Origin: Phycisphaerales bacterium
Lineage (GTDB): Bacteria; Planctomycetota; Phycisphaerae; WQYP01
Assembly (NCBI GenBank): GCA_027451365.1
Contig: DAIDJN010000041.1
Span: forward strand, 89,679-153,678
Reading direction: 5' to 3'
Length of the DNA: 64,000 nt
Below the pieces are notes generated by a model that worked only from the letters and a program-made list of their open reading frames with translations, had not been told where the DNA came from and did no database searches. The position numbers were made by a program, and so were the translations under genes. Positions 58,147-64,000 of the stretch are shown here, piece after piece. The first letter of the stretch is position 1. Each line of letters starts with the position of its first letter.

Positions 58147-59757
58147 ATGGAAAATGTTTCCCTATCGCCCCAATGCCGACCAGAAAATCCGGATCGTCAA
58201 CCGGGCCGCGCCTTTTGGCGGGGCTTGGTTCCCTGCGCCCTGCTGATTGGTCTGGGGATGGCCGGTTGTTCCTTTGAACCGCCATTGCATGTCCCCCCCG
58301 CGCCGCAAGTGCATGCCTATACCGCCGGCAAACCCGTCCGCGGAACTGTCGCGGTCAAGGGCGTGGGCCAGGCCGGTGCGGGGCAGCGGTTCGCCTATGG
58401 AAAAAAAATCCGGCGCACCTGGTGGAGACTTCTGAAATCAAAACAGATAAACGCATTAATCAAACGGGCGGTCGCCCACAGCCCCACCATCACTCAGGCA
58501 CTGGCCACCCTGCAAGAGGCGCACCAGAACACGAAAGCCATTGATGGTGAAGGCTGGCCGCAGGTGTCGCTGACCGGAGGCGGCGACCGTCAGCGATTCA
58601 GCGGCGCGCAATTCGGTGGTCCGACCCGCAGCTTCAGTCTGTACACCGGGCAGGTGAATGTCAGTTACACGCCGGACCTGTTCGGTTTGAACAAACTTGC
58701 CCGTCATCAGACCCGCGCCCTGGAGGATGCCCAGCGGTTTAATCTGCAGGAGGCATATCTAACGCTGGAGGGAAACACTGTTTCCGATGCCATATTAATG
58801 GCCTCGTATGAAGCGCAAATACGGACCACCCGCAAGCTTGTTACGATTCAGCGGAATATTCTCAAGTTGATTGCGCAACAGTACAAGCTTGGCGCAGTAA
58901 CATATTTAGACGTGTTAAATCAACGGACATTGCTGGAAACCACAAAAGCCAGGTTGCCCCCGTTGAAACAATCGCTTGCCGCAGTGCGCCATGCTCTGGC
59001 GGTTCTGGTGGGAACGATCCCTTCCCAGGCCGGATTGCCCTCCATTCGCCTGAAATCATTGAAACTGCCGATGATGATCCCCGTCTCGCTGCCGTCGGTT
59101 CTGACGCGCAATCGGCCGGATATTAAACTTGCCGAGGCCGAGCTTCGCGCTGACAACGCCTCCATCGGCGTGGCCATTGCCAAAATGTACCCCACCGTTC
59201 AACTCACCGGCGACCTGGGGTTTGAAAATGGACGCATTCCCGACTTTTTCAATGCCTCAAGCCTGATCTGGGATGTTGCCGCCAATGCCAGCGTGACGCT
59301 GTTTGACGGCGGCACACTTATTGCCAACAAGCGGGCGGCCCAGGCGGCCCTTCGGGCGCAGATTGCCGCCTATCAATCCACTGTCCTGGCCGCTTTTCAA
59401 CAGGTTGCCGATGCGCTGCGGGCGATACAGAATGATGCAACGTCGCTGAAGTTCAATCAGTCCGCATATATCAGCGCGGGCCAGGCATTCGTTCTGGCCC
59501 GCAGACAATACCGCGCCGGTGCCATTGATTATCTTTCCCTGCTTAACACCCAGACGCAATTCCAACAGTCCGAACTTGGCGTTGTAACCGCCGAAGCTCA
59601 GCGCTATCGGGATACCGCCGCGCTGTTTGTGGCGTTGGGCGGTGGCTGGTGGCCGAAGCAATATTCCCGCCAAAAGCAGGCCGTTGCGCCGGCGCGGACC
59701 CGCCCCGCAGCGGCAAAGCCGACGAATAAGTCCAATCAAGTGAATGCGATTCCATAA
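58147..59757 (+). CDS. RND efflux outer-membrane factor lipoprotein (NodT/OprM/TolC family)
   Basis: Lipobox 'LIGLGMAGC|SF'. Two repeated halves with 'LLD...T' patterns typical of OMF. The exact start is uncertain. Confidence 0.75.
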   Translation: MENVSLSPQCRPENPDRQPGRAFWRGLVPCALLIGLGMAGCSFEPPLHVPPAPQVHAYTAGKPVRGTVAVKGVGQAGAGQRFAYGKKIRRTWWRLLKSKQINALIKRAVAHSPTITQALATLQEAHQNTKAIDGEGWPQVSLTGGGDRQRFSGAQFGGPTRSFSLYTGQVNVSYTPDLFGLNKLARHQTRALEDAQRFNLQEAYLTLEGNTVSDAILMASYEAQIRTTRKLVTIQRNILKLIAQQYKLGAVTYLDVLNQRTLLETTKARLPPLKQSLAAVRHALAVLVGTIPSQAGLPSIRLKSLKLPMMIPVSLPSVLTRNRPDIKLAEAELRADNASIGVAIAKMYPTVQLTGDLGFENGRIPDFFNASSLIWDVAANASVTLFDGGTLIANKRAAQAALRAQIAAYQSTVLAAFQQVADALRAIQNDATSLKFNQSAYISAGQAFVLARRQYRAGAIDYLSLLNTQTQFQQSELGVVTAEAQRYRDTAALFVALGGGWWPKQYSRQKQAVAPARTRPAAAKPTNKSNQVNAIP

Positions 59758-59785
59758 AGCCTCACCCATTTAAGGATTTGTCATC

Positions 59786-60886
59786 ATGTTCAAACGTCTG
59801 TTTCTTGCCATATTTCTGCTGGTTATAATTGGCGGATTGCTGGTGGCTATTTTTGGTTTTAAGGCATTTATAAACCGGAAAATAGCCAACGTCATGGCGC
59901 ATCTGCCGGTGCCCCCCGTGACGGTTTCCACCGCCAAGGCCGGTAATGCTTCCTGGCCGGTGAATCTGTCTGCGGTAGGTTCACTAACCGCGGTGCAAAG
60001 TGTGGATTTAACCGCACAAATATCGGGCAATGTGACGGGAATCTATTTTCATTCCGGCAAGGAAGTCAAGCCGGGGCAATTGCTTCTGCAAATTGATAAT
60101 TCAACCCAATTGGCTCAACTTCGTGTGGACCAGGCGAATCTGGCCCTGGCAAGAACCAATTTGGCCAGAACGATTAAGCTGATCAAGGTTCGCGCCGCTG
60201 CGCAATCACAACTTGATACCTATCGGGCCAATGTGGCTACAGCGTTGGCGCAGGTTCAATCGGACAATGCCACTCTGGCCAAACTGGCCATTCGCGCCCC
60301 GTTTGCCGGCTATCTGGGGCTGCGGCAAGTCAGTCTGGGGCAGTTTGTCGCACCGGGAACATCCATTGTGACGCTGAATTCGTGGCAGCCGATTTACGCG
60401 GTGTTTTCTATTCCGCAGAATAATATTGCCGCTCTGGCAATGGGCCGTAAAGTGACGTTGCGCGTCAACAGTTTTCCCGGACGCGTATTCACGGGAACCA
60501 TATCAGCGATTTCTTCACAGGTGGATGTGAATTCGCGGAATGTTCAGGTGCAGGCGACGTTTCCCAATAAAATGGAATTGCTTAAACCCGGCATGTTCGG
60601 TGATATTTCCGTGGCGACGGGCAAGGTGCTGCACGTGACTGTTGTCCCGGCGCTTGCCGTCGCCTACAGCACATTTGGGGATTATGTCTATGTGGTAAAA
60701 AAGACCGGCAAGGGAAAAAAGGTTGTCCTGACCGCCAAACAGATTCTCGTGCATCCTGGATTGCAACGTGGAGATATGGTGGCCATTACTTCCGGCATTA
60801 AGGCCGGCCAGACCGTTATAACCGTCGGGCAGATCAAACTTCATCCTGGCGCTGTCATTTTAATTAATAATTCAGTCAAGCCCTGA
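59786..60886 (+). CDS. RND efflux periplasmic adaptor (membrane fusion protein, AcrA/HlyD family)
   Basis: N-terminal TM anchor. Coiled-coil hairpin. Lipoyl/beta-barrel motifs ('AIRAPFAGYLG'). Confidence 0.8.
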   Translation: MFKRLFLAIFLLVIIGGLLVAIFGFKAFINRKIANVMAHLPVPPVTVSTAKAGNASWPVNLSAVGSLTAVQSVDLTAQISGNVTGIYFHSGKEVKPGQLLLQIDNSTQLAQLRVDQANLALARTNLARTIKLIKVRAAAQSQLDTYRANVATALAQVQSDNATLAKLAIRAPFAGYLGLRQVSLGQFVAPGTSIVTLNSWQPIYAVFSIPQNNIAALAMGRKVTLRVNSFPGRVFTGTISAISSQVDVNSRNVQVQATFPNKMELLKPGMFGDISVATGKVLHVTVVPALAVAYSTFGDYVYVVKKTGKGKKVVLTAKQILVHPGLQRGDMVAITSGIKAGQTVITVGQIKLHPGAVILINNSVKP

Positions 60887-60901
60887 GCAGGAACAGTTTT
60901 C

Positions 60902-63900
60902 ATGAAATTTACCGATATATTTGTCAAACGCTGGGTACTGGCCAGTGCCATTAATCTGATTATTCTCATCATGGGGGTGCGGTCGTGGCTGGGCATGACC
61001 GTGCGGGAATACCCGAATATCGTCAATGCGGTCGTCACCGTCACGACGTCTTATCCTGGAGCCAGTCCGGAAATTGTGCAGGGGTTTATTACCGCCCGTC
61101 TGGAACAGGCCATCGCGCAGGCGCCGGACATTGACTACATGACCGCGACCAGCGCTGAAAGCACCTCCGCGATAAGCGTGTACATGAAGCTCAATACCAA
61201 TCCAAGTTCCGCCGTGGCGCAGATTCTGGCCAAGGTTAAACAGGTGGCCAGTCAGTTGCCACCGGAAAGTCAGTCACCGGTCATAAACGAAACCGTGGGA
61301 GATTCCCGCGCTCTGATGTATCTGGCGTTTTACAGCAAAACCATGAACCAGCAGCAGATTGTGGATTATCTTCTGCGTGTGGTTCAGCCACAGGTTCAGG
61401 CGATTCCGGGCGTAAGCCAGGCGCAAATTCTGCCTCCCGGCACCGGCTCCAGCGGCAACAGCTATGCGGTACGCGTCTGGCTGCATCCAAATAAAATGGC
61501 GGCGCTGGGCATTACGGCCGCCGATGTTTCAACCGCCCTGGCCGAAAACAACTATATTTCCGCGGTAGGCCGCATCAAAGGCAAAAACATCGCCAAGGTT
61601 ATTACCGCGACAACATCGCTGAATAACATAGACCAGTTCCAGAAACTGATTGTCAGCTATGTGAATGGCGCGCCGATTTACCTCAAAGATGTCGCCCGTG
61701 TGGAACTTGGTGCCCAAAGCTATAATTCCGCGGTTTATCTTAACGGCATTCCGGCAACCTTCATCGGCATAACTCCCACGCCCGATGCCAACGACTTGAC
61801 CGTGGCCCACCTGGCCCATGTGCTGTTCCGCCATATTCAAAAATCCGTTCCCAGCGGCATGCACGCAACGATTGGTTACGATGGCAGCATTTACATTACC
61901 AAGGCAATTCAGGAAGTGTACCATACCGTGGGCATTACGCTGGGCATTGTGGTGCTGGTGGTGTTCCTGTTTTTAGGCTCGTTGCGCTCCCTGTTGATTC
62001 CGATGGTGGCCATACCCCTGTCGGTGTTGGGGGGCGGCATATTCATGGTGGCCGCCGGGTTTTCCGTCAACCTGCTGACCATGCTGGCCGTTATTCTGGC
62101 GATCGGTCTGGTGGTGGATGACGCGATTATCATGGTGGAAAACATTCACAGGCATATAGATGAAGGACTGACTCCATTTAATGCGGCCATCAAGGGCGCT
62201 CGTGAACTGGCCGGTCCTATTGTGGTTATGTCCACCACTTTGGCGGCGGTGTTTGCGCCCATTGGCTTTATGGGCGGTTTGACCGGCAGTCTGTTTACGG
62301 AATTTGCCTTCACGCTGGTTTTCACCGTGCTGGTTTCCATGGTCGTGGCGCTGACGCTTTCTCCCATGATGGGCAGCAAACTGCTTAGACCCAGCAAGGA
62401 CCACGGGCTGGTGCACACCTTGGACATGCTGTTCGCCGGGCTGCGCCGCATGTACGACGCCTCGCTTGAACTTGTTCTGGAAATTCGCCCCGTGGTTCTG
62501 CTTATCGCCGTCGCGATTTTCGTCAGCATTCCGTTCCTGGTGATGGGCGCAAAAAGCGAACTGGCACCCACGGAAGACCAGGGCATTCTCTTCTTCACCG
62601 CCACCGGCCCACCCACGGCGACACTGCATTATATGAACGCGTATGCCAAACAGATTCGAAATATCTGCCGCAGCTTTCCGCAGTCGGATAACATATTTCA
62701 GGTCAACGGCTTTTCGCCCATCGGGCCGGGGCAAAATGCCCTGATCGGCGGCATGTTGCTCAAACCCTGGGACCAGCGCACAATGACTCAGATGCAGCTT
62801 CAGCCCGAACTGCAGAAGAAACTCGCCGGTGTGGCCGGATTGCAGGTCACCTCTTTTGCGCTGCCTTCACTGCCGGGGACGCCTTTGGGATTGCCGATTC
62901 AGTTTGTGCTTACTTCCACCAAAGGCTACAAAGACCTCGATCTGGCGGCCAATCATTTAATAGCGAGCGCTTATAAAAGTGGTCAGTTCCTTTTTGTGAC
63001 CAAAGATCTGCGTTACGATAATCCGCAGATTAAACTGATTATCCATCGCAATATCGCCGCCGCCCTGGGCTTAAACATGACGCAAATCGGCCTGAACCTG
63101 GAACCGCTGCTGGGGGGAAACTTTGTCAACCGTTTTGACCTTCAGGGCCGAAGTTACAAGGTCATTCCACAACTTGCCGATCCGCGACGGGCCACATCTC
63201 AAATGCTGAACAACTATTACGCCCGCACCGCGTCCGGTGCCATGGTGCCATTTTCGACATTCATTACCATTGACCATGTGGTGCGCCCCGAATTTCTGCC
63301 ACAGTTTCAACAGCAGAATGCCGTCACGATTCAGGCTTTGCCCAAGCCTGGTGTAAGCATGGGACAGGCGCTGACCTTTCTGAAAAATGAAAAGCAGAAA
63401 CTTTACCCCACCGGCTACGGAATTGATTACGGTGCGGCTTCCCGGCAATTCATTCAGGAAGGCAGCGGTATTTATATTACCTTCCTGCTGGCTGTGGTGC
63501 TGGTATTTCTGCTGATGGCTGCACAGTTTGAAAGCTTCCGTGATCCTCTGATCGTTCTGTTTACGGTTCCCATGTCCATTTTCGGAGCCATTACATTCCT
63601 GTTTCTGGGTATCAGCACGCTCAATATTTATACAGAAGTCGGTCTGATTACCCTGATCGGCCTTATTACCAAGCAGGGAATCCTGATTGTTGAATTTGCC
63701 AATCGCGTGCAGGAAGAAGAAGGTCTGGACCGTAAGGCGGCGGTTATTAAAGCCTCCAGTGTGCGACTGCGGCCGATTCTGATGACCACCGGGGCCATGG
63801 TTTTTGGCGTAGTGCCTCTGCTTATTGCCAGCGGTGCCGGCGCGGTCAGCCGTTTCGACATGGGCCTGATGATTGCCTCGGGGCTTTCCATTGGTTGTCT

Positions 63901-63982
63901 GTTTTCACTTTATATTATTCCCGTGGCCTACACCTACATTGCCAGTGTCAAGCCGCGCATAACGACGGCCGTAAAGGAATAG
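60902..63982 (+). CDS. RND multidrug efflux permease (HAE1, AcrB/AcrD family), 1026 aa
   Basis: 12-TM architecture with two large periplasmic loops. Conserved 'AIGLVVDDAIIMVENI' TM4 motif. Confidence 0.85.
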   Translation: MKFTDIFVKRWVLASAINLIILIMGVRSWLGMTVREYPNIVNAVVTVTTSYPGASPEIVQGFITARLEQAIAQAPDIDYMTATSAESTSAISVYMKLNTNPSSAVAQILAKVKQVASQLPPESQSPVINETVGDSRALMYLAFYSKTMNQQQIVDYLLRVVQPQVQAIPGVSQAQILPPGTGSSGNSYAVRVWLHPNKMAALGITAADVSTALAENNYISAVGRIKGKNIAKVITATTSLNNIDQFQKLIVSYVNGAPIYLKDVARVELGAQSYNSAVYLNGIPATFIGITPTPDANDLTVAHLAHVLFRHIQKSVPSGMHATIGYDGSIYITKAIQEVYHTVGITLGIVVLVVFLFLGSLRSLLIPMVAIPLSVLGGGIFMVAAGFSVNLLTMLAVILAIGLVVDDAIIMVENIHRHIDEGLTPFNAAIKGARELAGPIVVMSTTLAAVFAPIGFMGGLTGSLFTEFAFTLVFTVLVSMVVALTLSPMMGSKLLRPSKDHGLVHTLDMLFAGLRRMYDASLELVLEIRPVVLLIAVAIFVSIPFLVMGAKSELAPTEDQGILFFTATGPPTATLHYMNAYAKQIRNICRSFPQSDNIFQVNGFSPIGPGQNALIGGMLLKPWDQRTMTQMQLQPELQKKLAGVAGLQVTSFALPSLPGTPLGLPIQFVLTSTKGYKDLDLAANHLIASAYKSGQFLFVTKDLRYDNPQIKLIIHRNIAAALGLNMTQIGLNLEPLLGGNFVNRFDLQGRSYKVIPQLADPRRATSQMLNNYYARTASGAMVPFSTFITIDHVVRPEFLPQFQQQNAVTIQALPKPGVSMGQALTFLKNEKQKLYPTGYGIDYGAASRQFIQEGSGIYITFLLAVVLVFLLMAAQFESFRDPLIVLFTVPMSIFGAITFLFLGISTLNIYTEVGLITLIGLITKQGILIVEFANRVQEEEGLDRKAAVIKASSVRLRPILMTTGAMVFGVVPLLIASGAGAVSRFDMGLMIASGLSIGCLFSLYIIPVAYTYIASVKPRITTAVKE

Positions 63983-64000
63983 TTCGGAGAAAATCGGGCT

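Overview
This window is about 64 kb of GC-rich (roughly 58-60% GC) bacterial chromosome from a Gram-negative organism. The gene content suggests a Planctomycetota/PVC-like lineage, tentatively: five proteins carry PEP-CTERM-like exosortase tails (one of them a HAF-repeat protein), and there is a kinase-like/FGE-sulfatase fusion, an Hsp70 paralogue, MurJ, YidC, RecN and a long-periplasmic-domain insertase. Reading left to right: (1) A locus of unknown function comprising a 647-aa protein, a lipoprotein, and a 1435-aa pseudokinase-TM-FGE-sulfatase protein. It is followed by tRNA-Arg(TCT) on the minus strand, a J-domain-like membrane protein and an atypical 846-aa Hsp70. (2) A PEP-CTERM-like secreted protein. 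(3) A cytochrome c / beta-barrel porin / lipoprotein cytochrome c operon preceded by an exact CRP/FNR-type palindrome. It is followed by a PNPOx-fold gene and two tandem radical-SAM/SPASM enzymes that look like AhbC/AhbD (alternative haem biosynthesis). A candidate siroheme-decarboxylase (AhbAB/NirDL-like) gene lies further on, at 35 kb. (4) A Phd/Doc toxin-antitoxin pair. (5) A glycan-processing cluster: an SGNH esterase, a sialate-O-acetylesterase-like gene and a GH95-like hydrolase with a LamG insert. (6) A BmpA-type nucleoside ABC transporter with four components. (7) Housekeeping genes: 2-hydroxyacid dehydrogenase, flavin reductase, MurJ, metallophosphoesterase, YidC and RecN. An IS3-family OrfA pseudogene remnant lies among them. 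(8) Two tandem DUF3494 ice-binding-like paralogues. (9) A GGDEF cyclase. (10) The most unusual structure: a roughly 1.15 kb non-coding, modular, nested tandem-repeat array. Each unit has 14-bp direct repeats, a palindromic hairpin and a roughly 127-bp module showing filled-site/empty-site variation. The array lies directly upstream of a canonical sigma-54 (-24/-12) promoter driving a DUF3309 small membrane protein gene. An NtrC-family activator gene and a diverged solo copy of the repeat lie within 2 kb. (11) A low-GC BglII-like Type II restriction-modification island. (12) A TetR-regulated RND efflux operon (OMF-MFP-RND).
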